Source: a virus. Taken from it: a stretch of 64,000 nucleotides of DNA. The notes beneath the pieces are model-generated. The model searched no databases. It saw only the letters and a program-made list of their open reading frames with translations, and was not told the origin of the DNA. A program made the position numbers and the translations under genes. Of this stretch, positions 1 to 7,103 are shown piece after piece. The DNA lies in IMG/VR virus record IMGVR_UViG_3300042946_000263, positions 2,330 to 66,329 of that record, one strand, 5' to 3'. How positions within the stretch are numbered: the first letter of the stretch is position 1; each line of letters starts with the position of its first letter.

Positions 1-63
1 GATCATTGAATTACGATGGTTGTAATGCCTGTGGCGAAGAAGGCAAATATTGGGAGCCTAGAG

Positions 64-297
64 ATGTTTGAACCGACTGAAAAATTGATTCTTGGTAGCG
101 TATTCTTTGGATTGGTTGTGCTTATTGGTGGTGCTATCTGGTTAGATAGTGGTCATCGAGAACAGGTAAATCAAGAGTCTATTCGCTGCGCAGAGGCTGG
201 TGGTGTATATCTCGAGAGAACTTATACTGTCGGCAAGAATCAAACAGGCCATCTATATACCTGTGTATCTAGAGACGTAATCATTAAGGATTTTTAA
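64..297 (+). CDS. small membrane-anchored hypothetical protein
   Basis: ORF 16..297; likely start MFEPTEK at 64; N-terminal hydrophobic helix and two Cys. Confidence 0.6.
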   Translation: MFEPTEKLILGSVFFGLVVLIGGAIWLDSGHREQVNQESIRCAEAGGVYLERTYTVGKNQTGHLYTCVSRDVIIKDF

Positions 298-414
298 TAT
301 GACACACGAAGATGCAATTTTTATTATCTCATCACTGCATTATATTGAGACAGTGCTGACATCTATTTGGTTGTTTGTTGGAGTAATCATGATCATGATT
401 GCATGGAAGAGCTG

Positions 415-639
415 ATGCCTGCTAAGATCACTAAGACCAGTCCATTTACCAACATCACTCGCACGATGCAGTTTGAACGCTACGATCAGGATGAGTTTGA
501 CTCACGCCTATTAGCATGGCGCCGAGGCGAGAAACTTATTCAAGAGGCATTCCCGGAACTGTCTGCTAACGCTCGCGAGTTCATTAAGAACGGTATTACT
601 ACAGAGGAATGGGACAAGTATATGGGCGGAGACGACTGA
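415..639 (+). CDS. conserved phage hypothetical protein
   Basis: MPAKITKTSPFT...LIQEAFPELSANAREFIKNGITTEEWD resembles a widespread small phage family; start at 415 preferred over TTG 367. Confidence 0.65.
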   Translation: MPAKITKTSPFTNITRTMQFERYDQDEFDSRLLAWRRGEKLIQEAFPELSANAREFIKNGITTEEWDKYMGGDD

Positions 640-740
640 CCTGTGATGTGACCAACTCGCTGACCAACTTAATGACCAACGAGTTGACCTATCGTCTGAC
701 CTAAGTGATTACCTATCGGTTGACCAACAATTATTACCTA
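637..740 (+). repeat. 12-bp-period direct repeat array, core TGACC(A/T)A
   Basis: TGACC/TTACC at 637, 649, 661, 673, 685, 697, 709, 721 (exact 12-nt spacing), with a ninth copy at 734. Confidence 0.9.
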
Positions 741-1014
741 CGCCAAGAGCAGCGGCGACTCGGGCAACTACCGATGCTTTATTCCCACCAATGTGCCATT
801 CATAATCATATACAGGCGTAGTCGGCATTTTCCAGTCATATATGGTAGCGACTTCGCCGTCGGCAAACTTAATAATCCATTCTGAATTAGTCTTATCGCC
901 GCCATTAAGCGGCTTACCAAACGCCTCGACCAGATCAGCGTAGGTCGTATTAACATAACCAACCAGACCAGTCATATAGGCGTCGTCATAGTTATTCGTA
1001 ACGGTATACTTCAT
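709..1014 (-). CDS. conserved early phage hypothetical protein
   Basis: 101 aa ORF with AGGAG RBS; motif TYADLVEAFGKP...DKT..EW...ATIYDWK...WHIGG typical of a phage family. Confidence 0.8.
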   Translation of the reverse strand: MKYTVTNNYDDAYMTGLVGYVNTTYADLVEAFGKPLNGGDKTNSEWIIKFADGEVATIYDWKMPTTPVYDYEWHIGGNKASVVARVAAALGVGNNCWSTDR

Positions 1015-1044
1015 GACCTATCTCCTGACCTATGGGTTGACCTA
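1014..1044 (+). repeat. second TGACCTA array (3 copies, 12-nt period)
   Basis: TGACCTA at 1014, 1026, 1038, spanning the stop codon, RBS and start codon of adjacent minus-strand genes. Confidence 0.85.
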
Positions 1045-1263
1045 GAACTCAGCTACCAACTTACCATTCTCAATAGAGATATAGATATTAGCAGTTTCAA
1101 TCTCGCCATCTAGATTCTCGTAGTCGATAGTATACACAATCGTACCGAGAGATGACTTATTATAAGAGGCAGAGATTATATCATCACCACCATAACCCGA
1201 TTCGGTTAATAAGTCAACCACATTTTCCGTAGTTAATTTAGTAAAGTCGGTGTTAATAAGCAT
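1042..1263 (-). CDS. acidic hypothetical protein
   Basis: 73 aa ORF, AGGAGAG RBS, promoter directly upstream. Confidence 0.75.
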   Translation of the reverse strand: MLINTDFTKLTTENVVDLLTESGYGGDDIISASYNKSSLGTIVYTIDYENLDGEIETANIYISIENGKLVAEF

Positions 1264-1287
1264 GTGTTCTCTCCTATGGTATAGTAT

Positions 1288-1315
1288 ATTATACCTTAAT
1301 TCCGGTAAAAGTCAA
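1288..1315 (-). promoter_or_regulatory. sigma70-type early promoter
   Basis: minus strand TTGAC-N17-TATAAT. Confidence 0.8.
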
Positions 1316-1318
1316 GCG

Positions 1319-1337
1319 TGACCTAGACCATGACCTA
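1319..1337 (+). repeat. third TGACCTA array (2 copies, 12-nt period)
   Basis: TGACCTA at 1319 and 1331, directly upstream of the -35 of the leftward promoter. Confidence 0.75.
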
Positions 1338-1598
1338 GTATGACTCCGATGCCTTAGTATCGATCAATCCGGCGTATAACTCATTATAAGGATTATCCCG
1401 ACGAATTAACTCCGCCTCGGCCAATTTGGTTTCCGGCATAATATAAGCGCCAGAAACACCAAAATTCCAGTAAATCAAATAGTGTAATTGATCGTCAGTA
1501 AACCGATCAATAGTAATTCTCCCCTGTTCTAATTTGTCGGCCATTTCATCAGTAATAGCCAACCAATTCTCGTTAATATCATCAGAGGTAGTAATCAT
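1335..1598 (-). CDS. hypothetical protein
   Basis: 87 aa ORF with AAGGAG RBS. Confidence 0.75.
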   Translation of the reverse strand: MITTSDDINENWLAITDEMADKLEQGRITIDRFTDDQLHYLIYWNFGVSGAYIMPETKLAEAELIRRDNPYNELYAGLIDTKASESY

Positions 1599-1621
1599 TA
1601 TAATTCTCCTTATTAACTAGA

Positions 1622-1858
1622 TTAGGCGAGTTGTTTAAGCGTATACATTTGACCGCCGTATATATCTTCGCCGTGAACGATATTAATCATATCGCCGTCT
1701 AGGACGATAGTAAACTCGTCGTAATAGCCGATAAGCGGATCGGCGGACTCACAACCGGCAAAGGCATCCCAGTCATATTTGTCGAACGGCTTAAACTCAG
1801 TCTTAGCCATAACAGAGAATAGCTCAGCTTGAGTCGGGTAGGTAAACGAAGCGGTCAT
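1622..1858 (-). CDS. hypothetical protein
   Basis: ORF 1622..1885; start MTASF at 1858 follows a GGGAG RBS. Confidence 0.7.
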   Translation of the reverse strand: MTASFTYPTQAELFSVMAKTEFKPFDKYDWDAFAGCESADPLIGYYDEFTIVLDGDMINIVHGEDIYGGQMYTLKQLA

Positions 1859-1891
1859 AGAGTCAACTCCCTTATCAATCATCATATTATT

Positions 1892-2051
1892 ATATTACCC
1901 CGATCCCCGAAAAAAGTCAACCATAGTAAAAACAACGACTTAGGAATAAGTCTAATGAAATCAGTCTCTTAGCACAGGAAATATTTTTAAAATAATTTTC
2001 TCCCCGTATGGCTCAGCTGGCGCTTGCTATTTTTGAGGTTTCGGGTATAAT
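1892..2051. promoter_or_regulatory. divergent early promoter pair with IHF-like site
   Basis: leftward TTGAC...TAATAT (1920-1892); rightward TTGCT-N17-TATAAT (2024-2051); AATCAGTCTCTTA matches IHF consensus WATCARNNNNTTR. Confidence 0.65.
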
Positions 2052-2076
2052 AAGAATATAACCTAAGGAGAAAACT

Positions 2077-2244
2077 ATGTCTTTCCGCGAATCCCTTATA
2101 AACTCTTTAAACGGTTTTTGCCTTAATTCCCCGTCGGACGGTTATGATTGGGGCGAATTATTTGATAAGCCGTTCGCCGAATTAAGCGAAGAAGAATTAA
2201 TTGAATTGAATATTCACTATTTAAACTACTTAAAGGGGGAATAA
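2077..2244 (+). CDS. small hypothetical protein (55 aa, below ORF-track cutoff)
   Basis: AAGGAG RBS; MSFRESLINS...YLKGE; first gene after the promoter. Confidence 0.65.
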   Translation: MSFRESLINSLNGFCLNSPSDGYDWGELFDKPFAELSEEELIELNIHYLNYLKGE

Positions 2245-2248
2245 TAAA

Positions 2249-2437
2249 ATGAATAAGCGGATTACTATAGAAAAGTATGGCGAATATTATAGAATAATCG
2301 CCGCTTTATATAATCCTGACGACTATTATCCGGTAAGGGTAGAGGAGATTGTTGAGGGAAAGGTATTAAGCGAGATTAAGGGAATACTATTCGAATTACT
2401 ACCGGATTGGAAAGATGTAGTAATAGAGGGGGAATAA
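2249..2437 (+). CDS. hypothetical protein, tandem paralog 1
   Basis: 62 aa; highly similar to the next ORF. Confidence 0.8.
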   Translation: MNKRITIEKYGEYYRIIAALYNPDDYYPVRVEEIVEGKVLSEIKGILFELLPDWKDVVIEGE

Positions 2438-2438
2438 A

Positions 2439-2621
2439 ATGACTAAGCGGATTACTATAGAAAAGAACGGCGAATATTATAGGATTATTGCCGCCCATTA
2501 TAATAATATAGAGCCAGTTTACATAGAGGAAATAGTAGAGGGTAAGGTATTAAAAGAAATTAAAGGCATATTATTCCAATTACTCCCGGATTGGAAGAAT
2601 ATTAAGATTGAAGGAGAATAA
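2439..2621 (+). CDS. hypothetical protein, tandem paralog 2
   Basis: 60 aa; shares KRITIEK.GEYYRIIAA...EEIVEGKVL.EIKGILF.LLPDWK. Confidence 0.8.
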   Translation: MTKRITIEKNGEYYRIIAAHYNNIEPVYIEEIVEGKVLKEIKGILFQLLPDWKNIKIEGE

Positions 2622-2622
2622 A

Positions 2623-2775
2623 ATGGTAGCTACCTATATCCTAATAGTATTCTTTAATTACAATCATTCAGGATTCACGGCGGAATTCTATACTAAGGAT
2701 AGTTGCGAGAAAGCGGGTAAAGCTATTATATCAACCGCCTATTCCTTTCCCAATTATATCTGTGTGGAGAAATAA
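2623..2775 (+). CDS. small hypothetical protein (50 aa)
   Basis: AAGGAG RBS; MVATYILIVF...EF.TKDSCEKAG...C pattern common in small phage proteins. Confidence 0.6.
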   Translation: MVATYILIVFFNYNHSGFTAEFYTKDSCEKAGKAIISTAYSFPNYICVEK

Positions 2776-2780
2776 CCCAA

Positions 2781-2987
2781 ATGAATTTATATATAACCGA
2801 CAGCGGCGTAGTAATCACCGTCAAATACATTATTGTAGTAGGCAAAGTAACATATAATGAAACCAGCGAGAAATACTATTTTACGGTAGTATTACACGGA
2901 CTGGATCATCATTATAATATAGATTTTGATACAGAGGAAAAAGCCACTGGCGAGCGTAATCGCCTTATTAGCCTTATGAAGGATTGA
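2781..2987 (+). CDS. hypothetical protein
   Basis: 68 aa ORF in operon, GGAG RBS. Confidence 0.65.
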   Translation: MNLYITDSGVVITVKYIIVVGKVTYNETSEKYYFTVVLHGLDHHYNIDFDTEEKATGERNRLISLMKD

Positions 2988-2988
2988 A

Positions 2989-3186
2989 ATGATTCTATAT
3001 CTATACGCAACTGGTATACTATTATCAATAATTACGCTGTTTATTATATTTGCTGAAGATAGGGGATTAGAATTAAAATGGTATAATTACTGGATTACTC
3101 TATTCTGGCCTATATTCACCCCACTGATATTCCTATATTTTGTCTTTCTAATATACGAGGAAAAGAAACTAAAGGAGTTCAAATGA
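2989..3186 (+). CDS. small membrane protein
   Basis: two hydrophobic segments, LFWP motif. Confidence 0.65.
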   Translation: MILYLYATGILLSIITLFIIFAEDRGLELKWYNYWITLFWPIFTPLIFLYFVFLIYEEKKLKEFK

Positions 3187-3395
3187 CTAATAAAGCCGAA
3201 CAAATAAATGATATAGAATTAGCAATTGACGCTACAATAGGTCAATTGTATTACCATTTATATCAATTACGCCAATTAGGAGAATACCAAAAGGAATATG
3301 ATATACTAGGAACGCTATCCCATATGCTAATTGAGGATAGGCAATTCCTAAGGGAGAAATATAGGGAGCATTTGGGGAATTATAATGACCTATAA
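3183..3395 (+). CDS. hypothetical protein
   Basis: 70 aa, AAGGAG RBS, ATGA overlap. Confidence 0.7.
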   Translation: MTNKAEQINDIELAIDATIGQLYYHLYQLRQLGEYQKEYDILGTLSHMLIEDRQFLREKYREHLGNYNDL

Positions 3396-3736
3396 TATCA
3401 AATTACCGAAGCGGATCGTATCCGTTCCTCCTATTCCTATTCCCCTATTACCTATACTAATACCGGAGTCGCTGGCGTTAATTATAATTACGGTTGGCTT
3501 GGCCGTGTATATTGGGGTAATTCACTTAAAATTAAAGGGGAATTAAAATCCTAATAATTAAATCGTAGCGAGGATTGGTCTGCGAAATTGCGAATTGCTG
3601 GGTCTGGCTTGGCCTTACTATTAACTATTATATAACGACTGACATACCAGCCCTTAATATTATTTAAAGGCTGATATACCAACCGCCAATTAAATTAGTA
3701 ATTCACTTTAATTCTCAGTGAATTGCTTTATTAGTA

Positions 3737-3931
3737 TTATTCTACCATTTCTATTATATTCGGGTCGCCGTTATAAAAAACGGTTATATCTAATAAATCG
3801 ACCATTTCAATATTCGGGTTATTTAATAAATCGCTAACAATTTTATAAGCCTCATCAATATTATTAACCTTATATTCTAATTCAAAATTAGAATAATAGA
3901 TTTCAAGTTTATTAGCGTTTTTCATTTTCAT
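3737..3931 (-). CDS. hypothetical protein
   Basis: start at 3931/3925 after GAGGAG RBS; promoter TTGCT...TATAAT upstream. Confidence 0.65.
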   Translation of the reverse strand: MKMKNANKLEIYYSNFELEYKVNNIDEAYKIVSDLLNNPNIEMVDLLDITVFYNGDPNIIEMVE

Positions 3932-4188
3932 TCTCCTCTTATATACTATTATTATATTATAATATTTGGCCCCAAATAGCAAGCTCTGGCTTGGCCATAG
4001 CAGCCAATTATTTTTTTCTTAGTTTACGTTCGTTGGGGGTTGACTTTTTCGCAAAAAGGGAGTACACTCTAGGGAGTGGTTTGTTGAGGTGGGCTGGCTC
4101 CCCAGAATGTTTACTATCGAATATAAACGAGCGGCGCGAGCCGTCCGAACGTAAACGAAAAAAAACGACAGTATGGCAGAGCTCCCGC

Positions 4189-4216
4189 TTGACATTTCTG
4201 CGGGATAGGGTATACT
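4189..4216 (+). promoter_or_regulatory. sigma70-type early promoter
   Basis: TTGAC-N17-TATACT; similar promoters at 4040, 4394, 4937, 6081, 6563. Confidence 0.8.
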
Positions 4217-4240
4217 GAGAATATAAGCTGAGGTGATGAA

Positions 4241-4390
4241 ATGAAAATATGGCTGATTGAGATCTCCGGGACTGCTATTCGTGGCTTCTCTACTAAGGCT
4301 AGAGCTGAGCAATACGCCCAGTGTATGCTCGAGGAAGATATGTACCTGCCTCATGAAATTGAAGTTTATTCTATCGAAGTCGACGAATAG
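4241..4390 (+). CDS. small hypothetical protein (49 aa)
   Basis: GAGG RBS after promoter; MKIWLIE...GFSTKARAEQY...IEVYSIEVDE. Confidence 0.6.
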   Translation: MKIWLIEISGTAIRGFSTKARAEQYAQCMLEEDMYLPHEIEVYSIEVDE

Positions 4391-4559
4391 GGGTTGACTT
4401 TCCACAGGAATACGGTATAATCATATATGAGAGGATGATGATATGACGAATCTTGAGATGCAGAACCTGATTGGTATGATGCTGGTGATTACTGGCTTGG
4501 CACTGTTTGTTGTTCTTACTCAAATCCTGGATGTAATCCAATAATCATCGGAGATGATA

Positions 4560-4721
4560 ATGACAGTATACGTAGTATTCTCTAATCATCCGGACTATAT
4601 CCAACCAATGTTTCGAATGATCTTTGCTAGCGAGGAAGATGCTGCGGAGTGTGTAAGAAAACGTAGTCAACATGCTGGTGATCAGGTATCCTATTGGTAT
4701 GAAGCCGAAGAGGTGATGTAA
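4560..4721 (+). CDS. small hypothetical protein (53 aa)
   Basis: GGAG RBS; MTVYVVF...IFASEEDA...YEAEEV. Confidence 0.6.
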   Translation: MTVYVVFSNHPDYIQPMFRMIFASEEDAAECVRKRSQHAGDQVSYWYEAEEVM

Positions 4722-4996
4722 TGATTAATACGTATGATCTCGCAGTGTTCTTCGATGGGTATAGCAGAGAATATCATAATATATCCATTGTGGCAGTCAA
4801 GCGGTATATTACCTATCATCGTGACACCAACAGCGATTATAAGGGTGCTGTATACATGATTCGCTGACAAGTCACTGATATCCCTAGAGGTGATGAAAAA
4901 AGTAATAGTAAACGAGAAAAAAGTCGTCCAGAGGGGTTGACAAATACCGGGATCCGGGGTAATATTAGAATATAAGATGAGAAACGGAGAAAACTG

Positions 4997-5488
4997 ATGT
5001 CTAAGCGTTCTGATGCTATCGAAATTATGAAGGCCAATGCTAAGCTCCCGATGACCGATGTGGTTAAGCTGATCGCCGACCGTATCGGTGTGACGGATGC
5101 TAACGCTAAGTCCTATTACCGCTATATCGTTCAGCATAACCTTGGCCCTGGCACGGTCGAGAAGTCCACTCGTGCCCCGAAGGCTAAGTCTGCTACGCCG
5201 AAGAGCTCTAAGCCCAAGCTCATCAAGGCCAAGCCGATCAAGCTGACGGATAAGCCCAAGGTTACGGACAAGACCGTGGAAGAATTGGCCGATATCCGTG
5301 CCAAGAACCTTCAGCGTCTCAAGACTGTCCACAAGAAGTACGCCAAGGGACAATATGCTGATGGTGCCAGTGGTCGTGAGCATACGGACGAGGAAGCCCG
5401 TGCAGAGGTGACTAACCTGGAGAACGAGCTAGATTCGTTTAAAGCCCCTAAATTTCTGAATATGTCAGACGTTCGGGCGCTTGTTTAA
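4997..5488 (+). CDS. putative HTH DNA-binding protein with Lys/Pro/Ala-rich linker
   Basis: own promoter (4937-4965) and GGAG RBS; N-terminal helical HTH-like segment (VVKLIADRIGVTDANAKSYY) then KAKSATPKSSKPK tract; biased codon usage. Confidence 0.7.
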   Translation: MSKRSDAIEIMKANAKLPMTDVVKLIADRIGVTDANAKSYYRYIVQHNLGPGTVEKSTRAPKAKSATPKSSKPKLIKAKPIKLTDKPKVTDKTVEELADIRAKNLQRLKTVHKKYAKGQYADGASGREHTDEEARAEVTNLENELDSFKAPKFLNMSDVRALV

Positions 5489-5795
5489 TCTTGTTGCCTC
5501 CAAGACGGTTCTTGTTGCCTATCTTGGAGGCGGCCATCTTGGCTCTCATCTCTGCCTTACGTGCGATCCAGGCAGGGTCTTGTTCTCGACGGATCATTGC
5601 TGCTCTTAGGTTGGCTTTGTGCTGTTCTGATGGTTTGGCACCACGTCTGTTCTTGATGGTGTAGCGATTGCCCTTGTTGGGTGATGTGATGCCCTTGGAT
5701 GTTGGAGGATGCTCTTCGAGTAGTTGTTTGATCGTGGGTTGATCAGTGGATGGTGCAATGCCTAGAGCGTGGGCAAATGGATCGTCTATATACAT
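5448..5795 (-). CDS. NUMOD3-motif protein, homing-endonuclease-like remnant
   Basis: SPNKG..., PSEQHKANLRAA, RAKMAASKIGNKN motifs; no nuclease domain visible; upstream CTAAATA late promoter and GAGG RBS. Confidence 0.6.
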   Translation of the reverse strand: MYIDDPFAHALGIAPSTDQPTIKQLLEEHPPTSKGITSPNKGNRYTIKNRRGAKPSEQHKANLRAAMIRREQDPAWIARKAEMRAKMAASKIGNKNRLGGNKIKQAPERLTYSEI

Positions 5796-5944
5796 GGGCT
5801 GATACCTCTCTATTAGGTGTTAGAGTCCATGGAGCTGCAACTCGCGATGGACGCTCTATTTAGTGGAATACTGAGTGCAGGCTCTTGATCCTGTGACTTG
5901 GTTGGGTGGATAGGCATGAAGGTAGGTTGATTGCTTATCCACCC

Positions 5945-5972
5945 ATTATACCTTATTGCGCATACAAGTCAA
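5945..5972 (-). promoter_or_regulatory. sigma70-type early promoter (leftward)
   Basis: TTGAC-N17-TATAAT on minus strand. Confidence 0.7.
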
Positions 5973-5978
5973 TATTTT

Positions 5979-6046
5979 AGTCGTTTACTATTGCTGGATC
6001 GTTGAGTCTGCGGACCTCCAGGTTCCAATAGTAAACGACTTTTTTC
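5979..6046 (+). terminator. long hairpin followed by T-tract
   Basis: 15-bp perfect stem AGTCGTTTACTATTG/CAATAGTAAACGACT then TTTTT. Confidence 0.55.
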
Positions 6047-6131
6047 TTGATTTATTTTCACGTTATGGTTCAGTTGGCGCTTGACATTTCCAGAGAATCA
6101 GGTATACTGAATATAGTTGATGGAGGGAATC

Positions 6132-6338
6132 ATGGAAGTGTACGTTGTTCTCTACGGTGTCCAATATGAGGGCATGGAGTTGCTGGGTGTGTTCTCGGAC
6201 TACGTGAAAGCTCGCGAGTTCGAAGTGTCCTATAAGGCCAAGTATGCGGTTGGCGACGACTGTGAGTGGGTGGAAATCCGTAAGGTCGAGCTCGACAAGG
6301 TCTATGGCCAAATCTTTGACGTGGGAGAGGTGCTGTGA
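6132..6338 (+). CDS. small hypothetical protein
   Basis: promoter 6081-6108, GGAGG RBS; MEVYVV...LLGVFSD..KA...IRKVELD pattern. Confidence 0.75.
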   Translation: MEVYVVLYGVQYEGMELLGVFSDYVKAREFEVSYKAKYAVGDDCEWVEIRKVELDKVYGQIFDVGEVL

Positions 6339-6904
6339 TGACCAACAAACCGCAGAAGATCATATCTGGTGACCTACGCTATGTCCGACGCCTGACCCGT
6401 GAGTGGGTTCATGCTGGTTACAGTATAGTCAAGACCAAGCAATGGTCTGATGGCAAGTACACTGTGGTCTTGGAGCGGAAGTGATGGAGGATCGGTTTCT
6501 TCCACTCTATCGTGCTCTGATGCACGCTCAAGCTCTGGGTGTTTGTACTGAGACGATTTTACTTGACTGTGCGGTCCATTTTTGGTATAATGGAAGCATA
6601 GGTGAATATTACGGTTCAGCTTATGTTCGAAGAAAGGCAAGAGGTGCATGATGGTGGACTTGAATGTGATTGGCAATAGCGTGGCTCTGTTCCTGTTGGG
6701 GTTCGCATACGGGATCATGATCGATCTCTATGTGGACATGGTTCGCTACAGGCGGAAGTGGAAGGATCGTGCATAAAAGTGGTCCTTTAGGAAATTAGGG
6801 AAATTGGGTCGGGTCCCCCGAGGCGTAAGCGGAACGGAAAATCCAAAAATTTCCGTGCAAAAATTTTTACAACTGGAAAGTCGCAACAGGAGCAACAGGA
6901 CACT

Positions 6905-7102
6905 ATGGCATACATTGAAGTTAATCTAAGCGAATTTGAAGACATGGATCTTGTTGACGAACTTCAAGATCGAGGCTTCACAGTCATTAATGGAGAGTTG
7001 GGAGATGTCAAGGAACTTCAAGAACTCTATAAGGATTACAAGACCTATGGATTCAGTGATGACTTTCGTAGGCTTCTAGAGAAATTCTTTGAGGAGATGT
7101 GA
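6905..7102 (+). CDS. hypothetical protein
   Basis: 65 aa; IEVNLSEFEDMDLVDELQDRG motif common in T4-like phages. Confidence 0.75.
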   Translation: MAYIEVNLSEFEDMDLVDELQDRGFTVINGELGDVKELQELYKDYKTYGFSDDFRRLLEKFFEEM

Positions 7103-7103
7103 T

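Noticed and set aside
637-740. CRISPR or TIGR-like guide array
   Set aside because: Unit is only 12 nt with about 5 variable nt, too short for spacers; no cas or Nop-domain gene in the window.
3991-4405. ORFs 3991..4218 (+) and 4019..4405 (-)
   Set aside because: They span promoter-dense intergenic DNA, lack an RBS, and conflict with the better-supported 4241..4390 gene.
4691-5383. 230-aa minus-strand ORF
   Set aside because: Antisense shadow of the biased-codon gene 4997..5488; no RBS or family motif.
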